Assembly: GCA_028023455.1 (NCBI GenBank)
Contig: JAQFVV010000001.1
Coordinates: 24,614,001-24,678,000 of the forward strand
DNA from: Epiperipatus broadwayi
Lineage: Eukaryota > Animalia > Onychophora
Reading direction: 5' to 3'
Length of the DNA stretch: 64,000 nucleotides
A program made the position numbers and the translations under genes. The stretch's first letter is position 1. Each line of letters begins with the position of its first letter. A model generated the notes under the pieces. That model searched no databases, was not told the origin of the DNA, and saw only the letters and a list, made by a program, of their open reading frames with translations. Positions 13,061 through 26,077 of this stretch are shown piece after piece.

Positions 13061-14028
13061 GTAATAAAACATTTAATTATTTATTTAATGTAATTCAATA
13101 ATTGTTTCTCTGTATGTTTAATACAGTGGTGGTATGATAGATTCTGGAGCATAAAGTTCTCAAATCACTTCCATTTCTATCACTTCAGTTGGTCAAACTT
13201 TTTATGATTTTTTGAGCAATAAAACCAATTATTTATTTTTTTCTAATCATTGTTTATATTTGAAGGATACATATGTTATATAAGCCACTTTTTATGAACC
13301 TACAGACTTAAATCTATTTATATATATTGTGCCAGCCAAAACTTATTTGGTGTAATATCAAGCATTTTTTTTTTTTTTTTTCTAATTAGTTTTAATAAGA
13401 AATGCATTCGTCTAAGAGCATTTAAATAAGTTGCTATACAATGAAATATTAAAGCAAGAAATGTGTTATTATTGCAGCTCAAGTTCATAAATTTATTCCT
13501 TTAAAATACATATATAAATAATAAAAATTTCTAATTTTAATAAAGTTATTGTTTTTTAATCCTATATATTTTATTTACTTTATTCATTAGTAATAAATCA
13601 TAAAGCTTACACATGAATATTTAATGTCTTAAACATGTATGCTATGTTAATATTTTGTAATATTTTATTGGAATAGTATATATAAAGTATCCCATACACC
13701 ATTTCATATACTTAAACAAGCTGTTAATAAGAGTATCAGACTCTCCATATAATACTTCCACCAAGTGCAAGCCTTTGTAATCAGTGGATCAAGGATAATG
13801 GTGACTATGGTTTTTGAAAAACCAAAGACACCAAAATGTATGGACAAGAACTGAGTTTGGATCTATATGGTTATACAAGTTAATAATGAACTTGAGTTGG
13901 AAATATTATAGTATTTTCATCTTGGGCTCTTAGCTTTATAGGTAACCAAATAGGTAAAAGGTGGCTGCTGGAGAGTAGCATTGGATACTAAGGTCTATGT
14001 GCAGTGCTCTTAAATCCAGGTCTCTTCA

Positions 14029-14058
14029 CTGATGAAAGCCACAAGCTAGAAACTAGTC
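14029..14058 (+). ncRNA. Minimal hammerhead ribozyme-like motif with intact core
   Basis: CTGATGA-a-AGC-cacaa-GCT-a-GAAA-CTAG-TC: intact CUGAUGA and GAAA, short stem II, palindromic ACTAGT stem III and a GUC cleavage triplet. Stem I pairing is poor. Confidence 0.55.
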
Positions 14059-14511
14059 CAGGGATGTTGGATGAGTAGGCACTAGCTAAGATTTTATGCA
14101 CAAACCTTCCTGCATCCATTGATTACAAAGGCTTGTACTTGGTATGGGAGTTTGGTACTCTTATATACAGTATATATTTCCAATGCTATATTGTGAGAAG
14201 GTAGTGTGAGTTGTTGTAGTTTGTGTTGAGTTAAAAGAGTATCATTTGTGTTTTAAAGTATATTATTTTTTATATGTAATGATCATAAAAAAATTATTAT
14301 TATTATTATAAAGAGATTTTAAGCATGAAACACCAGGTAATTTTGGTATCAGAGTGAATAAAGAGCGTAACCTTCATTTTTGATGACAAAAATTACTTCA
14401 ATTTTAGGAGGTTATAAACAAGACTGAACAATTTGTACTAGCTTTCTAACATCTTGACTTTCATAGAAGCAAACCAAAGTTCTTTTATATATTTTTTTAT
14501 TATTTTTACAG

Positions 14512-14604
14512 TATTTGCTTAATAACTACAAAATGATGGAAATGATTATATTTATCCAGGAAACTGGACTGGATTGCTGAATACTTGTTAAAAGAAGGAG
14601 GAAA
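14512..14604 (+). other. Candidate 93-nt exon or pseudo-exon with one in-frame TGA
   Basis: Strong acceptor (ttattatttttacag) and AAA|GTAATT donor. Phase-0 reading is YLLNNYKMMEMIIFIQETGLDC*ILVKRRRK, with TGA at 14578-14580. Confidence 0.25.
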
Positions 14605-16655
14605 GTAATTTATAGCATTCAAATTCGTTATAATATTTCCGTATAGAAAAAAATAATTGTCGCATGTGAACAAAGCATTTTAATGAAACATCTAAGCTAA
14701 TAACATACTACTGTATATAAGAATCTTTTCTACTGACAGATATCATTTTATAATATCGATGAAGTATTTTAACATAGGATATAAACCAATCTATTTCTGT
14801 GTTGCATCATTATAAATGGAGATTGGCATCTGTTTAGTTAAAATGCCATTATGAAATCAAATGTTTAATAAATAGAGGATAAAAAATTAATATTTCAAGA
14901 ATATTGGAATTTAACAAATACACATTGTCTTAGATAACTGTCTATGATACTTTTACGTTGTTTGGATTAGTGAATATCATTAAATTATAGCTCACAGAAT
15001 TGACATTGGAACTATTATGTTTTTTTGAAATGCTGCACAGAAGAATTGTGTTCAAGTTGTTGTTAATCTGTGTTTTATGTATGTATTCATTAATATAATA
15101 TTTTATAAATATTATTGATTATTATATTTTAAATTAGATAATTGTTTGTTTTTACATGTTTGAAATAAAAGAATGTTAAACTTAGTCAAATTTAAATTTA
15201 TATCCTAAATTTTAATGATTAAAATTTTGATTTGAAATATTATATGTTTATCCATTGACTGTAAATTACTTTTGGATATACATTTTATAAATATTGAAAA
15301 TCTCAAAGGATTGTATTGTAACAATTACTTATTGATATTCTATTTGGAAAATAAGATGAACAAATAAATAAACTTATTATTATTACATTTTAGGGCTCAA
15401 TCAATTACTTTATTATGAATATTGTAGAATTATTATTAGCTTTCTTATATTTTAAATAGTGTAGGTGAGCAGCAACATTTTCATTTCACATAAATTTTAT
15501 ATATCATATATTAAGCATTAAGTAGGCGAATTTTTACTGGATAAGCACCTAATTTTATTAATATTAATTTAGGTGGAGGATAGATTTCATGATTAGAGAG
15601 TATGTCACAAACATTTATTATCTATTTGTCATTTTTTATATTTATTGTTGATAAATTTTTAATTCTTTTAAACAAATAAACTTGCTTTAGTCATTATTTC
15701 AACTTTAATAATTCAAACCTATTGGTTAATAAAATTTTAATATGTAATAGTTATGTATTGATTTATACCATATATTTTATGATAAATAATCACATAATAG
15801 TCTGGAAATCAAATGATTGGATTGGTAAGTGGATGTATTATTACGTACTATTTTGTCCATTATAAATCCAATAAATTATCACTAGCTAGGTATACATCTT
15901 ATGTGACAATAGATTAATTAATTTGATATAGCTAGATGCTTAATAACTAATTAGAAGATCACCATAATTAATTTAACAGTTATATGCTATAGTTATTTTT
16001 GTATCATTAATTATTTAGTGTAAACAAAGGTGATTATAATTGAATGCCCACATATTATTTTAAACTGTTATTTATTGGATGTATGTTATAGTAATTTATT
16101 ATTTAGTTAGAAAGATGGTAATTTTATGTTATAAAATTGGTAATTGCATATATTGAAACTGGTATTTGAATTACATTAAATAGAATGATTTGCTCATGGA
16201 GTAGATTATATATTTTAATTTAAATATCAAGTTTTTAATATTACCATTTGCTTATAATAGATTATTAATAATACTATACATATTAGAGCAATTATAATTT
16301 AGAGTTTACTAAGTTGGCTTTATTGATTTGAAAAATAATTCATTGTGATTTGCTAATTGTATTTATATTGTAATATGTGTCAAATAAGAGTCTTATTTCA
16401 TGTCGTTATGATTTGGATATTGTAAATTGTAAGGCTTTTTGAAATATTGACTTTCATTTTATATCATTATAAGTTGGCACAAATGGGGAGATATGTTAGA
16501 TGAGTCCATTTTGCATATTATGTTTTATTATAATTTTAGTATTGTAAACATTTTATTCCATTACAATTTGATGTTGTAAGTCTATAAGATTTTAAAAGAG
16601 AAAATTTTATATATTTTGTTAATGATAGGTTATTGTGCATAAATCTATAGGATAA

Positions 16656-18390
16656 TTAAGCCTCTTACTATTATTAAGTATTTTTATTCTATTGCAATTG
16701 ATTTACCCAACAAGAGCATATTTGTTAACATTATTTTCACTTTATTCTGTTACAATTAACTCCCAAATTTATGGGGTGATTTGAAAGATTTCTCATATTT
16801 TATTCATTTACACTTGGTGATCAATGATTGGAATATTCTTTTATTTTTTAACAATTGGTGTTCAAAGTTCTCAGGTTATTTTAAATTCTTTCTTTCCTAT
16901 TCTTATCATATTTTTATTCTGTTACAAATGCCACCCCAATATATGGGGCTATTAAAGAAGAGCCTATCACAAATTTTTTTTCTGTTACAATATATGTATT
17001 TAGCAGCCACTCATAGCCAAATACAGCCATTCCAAGGAAAAGCAAAAAAAAAAAAAGAGAGAAGAAAAAAACTGCTCTAGAAATGAATTTTGCCATAACT
17101 ATACTCAATCTGTGAAGCATAAACACATCCACATATAGAACATGCTGATACATTTTTCTGTTTATTTGATATTTTACAATATTGCTTCTTAATGTCTTCA
17201 GCAGAAAACCAACATCCTGTCTGATTCTCTGCCATATATTACCAACAGAAACAAAATTGCACTTCTTTAGAATATCCTTGAGATTTGTTATACATGTTAC
17301 AATCCAACAAAGGTGTGATTTTACAATAGTAAACTCTATTATATCACATCCAGAAAATTAATTGATTTTATAATTTTAGTGTGTTTTAAAAAATTTTCTG
17401 AACATCCTTAACTGGTATGGTTCAAACGCCATATTGAATTTTTAAAAACTATCTGACCTGAGACACAATTTTCACAATAACTTCAGTTTTAATAATGTTA
17501 GAGTAAAAAACTTTAGAAACTAGAAAAACTAAGGAAAACAATAAGGCTAACACAAATAGTGATTACCATTTAAAAATAAGGAAAAAAAGAAATTTCACCA
17601 TCCATAATTATTATTTTATTGTTTGTTCAAAATTTCTAATTTATCATTAACTAAGTTTAAATTACATCTTCATTGATAATTTCTTTGTATTTCTCACAAA
17701 ATTATCTTTCAAACCACATATAATAGTTCTTACCTGAGATGATCCATAGCTTCAGAATCTCCAAAATAAGTTGCATATGAATTCTTCATTTTTATCTTGT
17801 ACCCCAAAAGTTAACAAATCTCAAAGGCATCTATAAGAAAAAAATTCATCCTAATAAAAGATACAAAACAAATAATTTCCAGAAGATGGATATGCATTTG
17901 TCATCATAGCAATTGGCGTCTTGTGTATCTAAAATTAGAAATTGTAGGCTACTGTCTATCACTGATAAAATGAGTTTCATTTCTTCATTATATTTTTTTT
18001 TGTGTGCATTAGTGAAGTTTATATTCTTTATGCACACCAGTGATGCTATCTTGTTATATTTATTGTCCCACAGAGATATAATTTATTTGCATATAGCTCA
18101 TCTGCTAGCTATAGAATTGAAAATAATGTGATGCAAGATATGGCAAAACTACTGACTCCACAGCATGAGTATCAAGGCATAGGCAAGAATCGGAATTTGA
18201 TTCTTTGCCTGCATACAATATGCATAACCATTGTGGTTACCACTATACGTACACTATTTGAAATCTCTATTGGTTTTAAGTGTTTATATTTTCACATGCT
18301 ACTATGCCCAGTAAATTTTGTGATTGCTTTATCAACTGCAATCTGCAACCTTTCTGTACATTTGATTGTCAGTTTTTAAAATTTACATTG
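16656..18390 (-). mobile_element. piggyBac transposase pseudogene with right end, interrupted by an AT-rich insert (~17390-17700)
   Basis: Minus-strand motifs in order: AVDKAITKFTGHSSM*KYKHLKPI (IDE..F.GRSS..QY.P.KP-like, ~18265-18340), LADELYANKLYLCGT, NSYATYFGDSEAMDHLR (DYN..MGGVD..DQ-like, ~17731-17785), IIEFTIVKSH, and a Cys-rich C-terminus CSICG..GKIHF*. Subterminal ccccatatattgggg-type palindromes and TTAA at 16656-16659. Confidence 0.75.
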
Positions 18391-19411
18391 CACTGCTCTA
18401 TATATGTAAATCTTTTCTTGTTATACAAACATGACGCAAGAAGCAAACACACTTAATACAAATATAAACATAGTAATAAATTATTAAACCTTTTGAGAAT
18501 TTTTATGTCTATAAAATAAGGTTGCCTCAAACTTGGATCAGAGACACAAAATTACATTATACATAAAACACTTTTTATATACCGTATAATAAAGAACATA
18601 AATGATTTAATATTATATAATTTAAATACTATATACAAACATCAATACAAATGCAAATTAATAAATTATACTGCTTATCAAATAATTAAAAAAAAAAATT
18701 AATAAAATAAAAAATTAAAATTGTATACTTACAATATTCCGTGATTATGTTTACTTCCCATGTAGGCCTTGAATGAGAATATCTGTGTATTTTTAATCCA
18801 CTTGAGTTAGATAATGAGGCTGATAAAATTTTTCTGCCTTTATCACCCTCATGTAAACTAGAAAATTGACCAAAATCGAAAAAAATTAAATGCAGCTATT
18901 AACAAAAAAAAATCAAATTTTATCCAATTTCAAATTGTGATACATCATTTTAAAGATGGAATTAAGCAGCAACAAAGCTGCGATTTCTGTTGACATCATG
19001 CATATAGTTTTCATGCAATTTAAAAAAAGACAAAATTTTAGCAAATGAGCTGCTGTTAGTTCACATTGCGCTACAAAGATTTTAAGTGAAACTTTTCTAG
19101 AGCCTTTGTATTATATCAATAAGGTGTCCAAGTTTTACTTACTTATAAAAAACAAAATAACAGCTCTGCCATGTATCGGTCATACAAAGATTCTCTATTA
19201 ATAAACTACTTCCCAATAAGCCACTAAGTGTTGGGAATATTGGAGTAGAGAAAATTTACAAGTTTTAATGTTGTGTTATGGCAACAATTGTTAATTCAGC
19301 TGGATGTCACCAGGTTCTATTAGAATCTGGAAAATGCTATTACCTTTCTATATTATTAAATCAAATAACCATTGAATAATTATTTTGAATATTTCTTCAT
19401 CTTTATTTCAG

Positions 19412-19449
19412 TCTACTACCATTACACAACTAAATTATGTCTGGCATAG
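19412..19449 (+). CDS. PSTK: Probable PSTK internal exon (STTITQLNYVWH-R)
   Basis: ctttatttcag acceptor and AG|GTTAGG donor. Its phase-2 end joins 23089 in frame. The STTI-to-NDP spacing fits my recollection of vertebrate PSTK SLTI...ALENP. Confidence 0.5.
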
Positions 19450-19499
19450 GTTAGGAACTCATGATGTGTGGAATGAAACACTAGTTAGAAGACAAACAA

Positions 19500-21700
19500 G
19501 ATAATATTAATTCAACAAAAAGTATAATAAATTTATCTATTCATAAAGAGACTTATAAAATCATTAGTTAATGATTCAATATTTGACATTGATCTTCCTC
19601 CAACTATTAGAATGAGTTGAATCTTCATTTATATAATTTATTAATGATTACCTTTTCCTAATTATATTATTTTCAACATTAAATTATATTTCCCTTTTTT
19701 AATATTTATTATATGTTGGATTTAATTGATTAGGTGAATGATGTCTTGAGCATATTTTAATGTTATTATGACTGTAGCTTATGTTTAGATGTTTATGAGT
19801 TAAACCATTTGTTTGTTTTTTTTGCAAAAAGTCAAAATATTTTAGCTCAAGAGTCCAATACTTAAATTTATGCAACAATTGTTTGTTATTAATGATGAGC
19901 ATTGGAGTATTTGCATATAGGACTGCTTGCTTTTTCCAATTGTATCATTTATTTTATAGGAAAATTATTTTAATATTAATCATTAGGTTAATTGTATGTA
20001 ATTATTTTGGGTATGGAGAAGGTTTTTTGTTGTATTATTTTGAAATGTGCGTATAATCTTATTGTGGTTGATTGTTTTTGTATCCTATATACATAAATTG
20101 AATATAATCCTAAGCAGTTTTGAATATTATGAGATTCTAATTTCTTGAATGAAATGGTCATTCATTTTCATCCTGTCAAGTGTTTTATGCATACTGAATA
20201 AACACTTGACATGAATGATTTTGTGAAGATTATAATTAGTAAGTAATATGTAATCTTCATGATGACAATATGTTTATCAGAGCTAGTTTAGAATCTAAAG
20301 AAAAATGCATTTGGGAGTGCTGATATATATTCTGCTGCATGCATTTGCCTTCACATAAGTATATTGCTGAAGTGAAATGGGAATCTTAAATATGTTGTTT
20401 GTTTACCCTGATATGTTTTGTTTTATTAAAGCTTATGTGCCACATGATTTATATATGTTAAACTCAAGTTTATAAGAGTATGTATACTCCTGCATTATTT
20501 TGATTGTTTGAATTTGGGTTTTTTTTTTTGTTATTGTTAGAGAAACTTATCATATTGTCCATTTATGCTATGTAGGCTACTATGACCTAGTAAGGGTATG
20601 AAAAATGTTTTTCTATGTTATTAAATTCTGAATTTGTATACATAGCATTTAGGATGATCTTTGTGATATTATTTGATGTAAGTTAGGTGAAGAAGACATT
20701 TTTCCATTTAAGGTGATATATATTTCTCTCTTATTAGTAGATTTTGGAGTATGTGTAATATTGGTTTAGATGTAGTTTTTTTTTATTATTAACTGTAAGT
20801 GAATAATAATTGGTACTGTATCAAAAGCCATTCTTATGTTAAGTTATATTACCTTGGGCTATATTTTCTTGCATTTTGCTCAGTCTTGAATAGAAAAACT
20901 GCTTGTCTTATCAATGATCTTTTTAAAGCAAATTATGACAGACAATGATGGTAGAATGTGTGGTTCAATTTTTTTAAATACTTTTTTAAACAATTTGATT
21001 TTTAGTGAACTCTTGGATTTAGACATTATATTTTGAATTGGTGGTTGCTGAAGTTTGTTTTTTCATGACTGGGACAATATACAAATCCCAAACTTTGTGT
21101 GTATATATATTTATATTGTTATACCATAAGATATGAAAAAGTAAACTGATTTAGATGAGTAAATACAAATTTTTGGTATGCATAGTGGTTCTGGCTGACA
21201 AGATTCTGGCACATTTTCCAAACTTTATGAAAATTTTGTGGTTTAATTATTATTTGATCATCTATAATCTCAACATAATTATATGAAGGCTTGAATACTG
21301 TTCTTTTTGTAATATTTTCATAAAGTGAATATAAATTGCAATAAGCATATTGACACCAGTAACTACTATGTTTCAAATTTTTAATGCTGTAGGAACTTGT
21401 TGTAGGTGATTGTCCTAGAGCTCAATAGTTGTATTTATCTTAACTGTGTGATTATATGACAAAGAGTTTTTTTTAGTAATGCATCTTTCAATATATCACA
21501 AGTAGATTTGTAAGTTTTCTTCAAGTTTATTATTAGTTGTTTATTGTTTGATGTGGATGTACCCTTCATGATTCTTTTGTGCAGTTCTTCAGCAAGATCT
21601 GAATATTGTACGTGATATTGTGGACTTAGTGACATAATTTTTAATGTGTGAAATTATATGTATTAGAATATCTATTTCTGTACAGGGTTCTTTATCTTTT
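19500..21700 (-). mobile_element. Heavily decayed retroelement, possibly Penelope-like
   Basis: Short minus-strand ORFs (21435..21635, 21119..21376, 19699..19902) and weak YV.DT-like and GIY-YIG-tail-like words in the expected order. No strong motif. Confidence 0.3.
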
Positions 21701-23088
21701 AACTTAGCAAGTAGAATGTAAATTTCTGGGAATAGGAATTCCATAACTCTTGTACATAAGAGTTCTTATTGTTTTATTGTTTTGTATTGAGTGATATGTA
21801 TAATTTACATTGAGAATGATCATTATTGTAGAGTAATTTAAGAAGGAATAGGAATTAGTTGAATTTTAAGTGAATAATGTAGCAAAACTAATCTATAAAT
21901 GATGAATATCTGCAATTATTAAATTAGACTGCAATTTTTGGCAGAAACTTTTTACTGCTCACTAGTGGAATATATAACCATTTTGATCCAAATGTAAATG
22001 TCATGTAATCTCTCTCATCAGCAGGAGAGGAAATGATGAGTTTATGATTTGAATTATTCTGTTCATTGTTTTTTGATTTAAGGGAATATATGTATAAACT
22101 ATATTTAAATTTATGATCTTATACTGTTTTGTAAATATTTGTGAATGTTCATCAATGTATAATATTTTAAATGGATTAAATGTGCAAGACTTTATAATAA
22201 TAACTTCTGTGCCTGCTGAAGCTGCTGGTGAGTAACCCATTCTAATAAAGTAGACTGAGGGATCAATCTGAGATCCACTGAAATTTTTATTTCTATAAAA
22301 GCATATATATATATATATATGGTTGAACTATATCTAGCTATTTCACTAGTTGGAAATATTTTGTGAGTGAATTCAATTTTCTAATGTTAAGCATACTTAT
22401 TTTTAGTTTCATAGTATGTCTTTAATTATTCTATAGCTTCAATTTTATTTTTGCAATAATTTTGAAAAGTTTATATTATTAATTTACCTATTTATATTCC
22501 TAATGTATCATTATATTTTAATATGTATTATATTGTTAGTGTGTGTTATAATAGTGCTATCAAGTGATGGTATTTGAACTATATAATCATTATCATGTGG
22601 AATGTGATATGTACTGTCTGTTCTCTTCTCTATATCATTTTCTGAGATATCAATTTATCATCATCTGGTTCATGATAGTTTTTTGCTTTCTTTAGAATGT
22701 TCATGTTGTGATAAAATATCTTCATTTTCACTGGTGTCCTGTAATGTATTTGGCTTTTTTCTTCCTTGCTTTTTTTTTTTGTGACTGACCAAATTTTCTT
22801 TTGCTGGGTTTACTATTTGGATTTATTTGGGTTTGTAGCATACATGGAATTAAGGTGTCATTTACCTCTATTAATGTTTATTTATTACAGTCAACATTAT
22901 TGAATTAGTTGATGTGTATCCTCATATTGTTTTTATTCTTGTTTATTGTTGTATTCTGCATCAAATTATATTTTATTTATTGATTGATTACTTTCCCTTT
23001 ATTTATTATCATCATCATTATTATTATGCATTTAAGATAGGGCAGTTTTATTCTACACCAAGTAATTCTTATCTTTATTTATTAACAG

Positions 23089-23167
23089 GACACCAGCATT
23101 AGAATTGATTCTGTTTGCTTTCAATGACCCAATTCCACCTCTTCCTTCTGAAGATTTGGAGAGTCAG
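23089..23167 (+). CDS. PSTK: PSTK-like internal exon (TPALELILFAFNDPIPPLPSEDLESQ)
   Basis: tttatttattaacag acceptor, CAG|GTAAAC donor, open frame. LILFAFNDP corresponds to PSTK LLLTALENP. Its phase-0 end joins 37929. Confidence 0.8.
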
Positions 23168-24759
23168 GTAAACATTTGATTCATTATTAAAAATATATAT
23201 ACATATTTTTCTATATAAATTAGATGAAAATATATATATATTATTTTCAAATATGTAAAATAATTACATTTTTTATAATAATTTCAGTTTTATTTAATTT
23301 TTTAATCTTTTTTTAAAAATTTAATGTTTGAATAATTATTATTTTTTTTTTTACATTTGTGTGTGTATGTATGTATTTATATCAAGATCTATATCTACAT
23401 ATATCATCATCACTAGATCATTAGTAGCAACTCATTGATGAGTAATACCAAAAGAACAAAAAAAAAAAAGATTTATGACTGTACAAACCAATTTTCATCA
23501 TTAAATTAATTATATATTAATTGAAATATCATTAAACATTCAATAGCAGGAAAGCTTCTTACTTTTCATAATTTAACACAAAGACTGGTAGCATTTTCAT
23601 CTTAACAATAATTGTCTCTGAATGGTGTGTACAACTTAAAATATCTTAAATAAACTTATATTATCTTTGCCATAACTTTATTTCAGCTATTTTTCTTTAA
23701 CTAATTAATTCTTTATTGTCAGCTTACATTCTTTACTTAATTGAAACTAGAGTTAATCACCACCTCAATAAATATAAGCAGAAATACATAAACTTTGATG
23801 TAGAAGTATGAGAAAGAATTATTTCACAACCATAGCCAATTTTATTTAAGAATAGTGAAACGGTAAACATGTTTATGCAGTAGAACAAGTAATTTGTAGT
23901 CAGTTGTCAATAATTGACAATTTGGGACATGATTGATATTATTATAAATGAAAATTACTATATGATTTATTTTGTATTTAATTAAATGAATAGTATCTTA
24001 ATAGGTTTTTAAAGCATTTTTTTTCCTTCTGTTTAATAGATTATTTAATGATAATATTATAATTAATGTGTGAAAACCTTTTTTAGTAATATGTTTATAT
24101 CCTCTTTAGTGTATATATACATTTGAAATCTGCCTATATTAATTACTACAGTTCACCCAATAATTATTATACATATATATTGTTGCCTTCACTAACGAAT
24201 TATATGAATAAATTAAATAGAAAGTGATTAAAAATAGTTAGTTTATAACAATAATTTTTTTTAGAAAATTTTTTTTAAGAGAGTTTTTTTTTTAAAAAAA
24301 AAAAAAAGAAAAATTAGATCAATTAAGTATGAGAAAGAATTACTTTTATTTTGCAGATTTTAAAAAAGATACTTGAAATCTATTATATTTTTCTTCAAAA
24401 AAAAAAAATTTATTTGTAAAAAAAAGGAAACTAGTGGAAATATTTTTTTTGTTTAAAGTAATTAAAATAATGATTACCTATATTTTTTCTGGAAGAAAAG
24501 AAAAATTTAATTAAGTTTTGTCAGTTTTATTGAATATTATATAATTTTTGGAAAATAATTAAATCAACAAGTAAAAATTGTGTACAAAATTGTTATTAAA
24601 GGAAACCTAACCAGATTAGTGAAAAAGTTAAAAAATGAGACAAAGTGAAGCAGGGGCAGATACTTATAAAAAGGTCATTAAAAATTGATTTTATTTTCAT
24701 TTTTCACTCTCCTTCATTTAAACTTATAGATTGTCTGAAATATATTTGTTATGACCACT

Positions 24760-25300
24760 GTCAAATGAATTTCAAGCCTCGGAAGAGCCAAATTCTGCTT
24801 TGAGAGTTGTTAGTTTCATATACTGAATACCAAGAATAGCATTCTGTGCTGTAAAGTTTTAATAGAGAAGCATTGCTGAATTTCTGAGTGTGTTTGTTTG
24901 TCTGTCCCAGTTAATTATCCAGAGAACATCTATCAAAACCTCAAATCTATGATCAAACATGAGATACTATTGCCAAGAAGTGTTTGCCCTGAGCTATATA
25001 TTTTGTTTGGCAATGATCTATCAAATGGAAGGATTTTGACTTGAATTTATATCTATAGAGTGAAGTGTGCCGATCAAAATAATGTATTCATTCAACAAGA
25101 CCAATAATCCAAGCAAAAGTACCTTGAATCCAACCATACCCCAAGATACAAATGTCAGGGGAATGGTGAATCCTAACCTATTTGCCTGAACTATTGCCTC
25201 TCTGACTAATGGATAACGTTTGTGATGACACTAGCAGTCCTTGATTTTATTCCGTCCCAGCTGGAGGTCATGGTTCACAAAGAGACTCAAACTAATAATG
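24760..25300 (-). mobile_element. I/Jockey-type LINE fragment (post-RT region)
   Basis: Minus strand gives YLGVWLDSR (~25125-25155) and AILGIQYMKLTTLKAEFG (~24790-24845). The segment 24870-25050 recurs at 35965-36215. Confidence 0.55.
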
Positions 25301-25799
25301 GGTTTATATAAGAAATTAATGATTTAGTGAATTGCAGAACGGTGCAGATGTGATTGGATATCGATTACTAATAGTTTGAACCGTAATAATTATAATTCTT
25401 TCTGGCAACATTACAAAGAAGTGAATTTAAATCGAAGAAATATTATAAATAAATAGAGTAATTAACCTTAGAGATTTGGAGTGATGACAAACCAAGCTAA
25501 TTTAAAATAATAATATTAAAGGAATTTATTATGAAATTGTTATACAAAATAAGTTGGGTTGTTTATACAACTAGGTTATTTTTATTGAATTCGTTTTGAT
25601 GCAGCTAAATGCCTAATGCAAGGCATTTAATAACAAAGTAAAAGTTTGTTAATTGGTCTGCCAAGAACCAATCAGCAATAAAATATTATTAGCCCTCTTT
25701 AAGAGATTACAAATAAATCTATTTTATATATATATATTTTACAAGATATGAAAGATGTGCATTTAAAACACTATTACATTTAAATCAGTTTTCTATAAT

Positions 25800-26077
25800 G
25801 AGTGTGGAAAGCAAGATAGTTCATTTTAAATAAATTAGATAATCCTATTTAACTAATTAACGGGATTGGTTTGTGAAAGACATGCCATCATGGCAGAGAG
25901 CATTTCAGGTTTGCTAAATAAAGATATAAAATGATGATGAAGGCAGTATGCTATTACAGATTACAACAAAAGAATAAATGAGGTCTGTTATGAACCTCTA
26001 GGTGGCTTTGCTAAAAGAAATCCCTGATATATACAGGTAGATGTTGAGAAATGCTGGTCCTCCAGCCGAAACATGAC
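25800..26077 (+). mobile_element. Penelope-like 3' remnant ending in a degenerate hammerhead motif (26045-26077)
   Basis: TTGAGAAA-t-GCTGG-tcct-CCAGC-C-GAAA-CATG-AC: 5-bp stem II, GAAA and near-palindromic stem III. The upstream sequence only weakly resembles a GIY-YIG tail. Confidence 0.45.

Noticed and set aside
14344-14356. TGGTATCAGAG, like a tRNA-iMet primer-binding site
   Set aside because: No LTR end before it or gag after it. It also resembles the RTE endonuclease word GIRNERG at ~41395.
16914-17153. 79-aa membrane-protein-like ORF
   Set aside because: Overlaps the piggyBac Cys-rich tail and right end in another frame; the hydrophobicity comes from a poly-T/CT run.
17731-17790. Strong minus-strand donor CTCAG|GTAAG suggesting a host exon
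   Set aside because: The upstream frame matches the piggyBac third catalytic motif region, so it is part of the TE.
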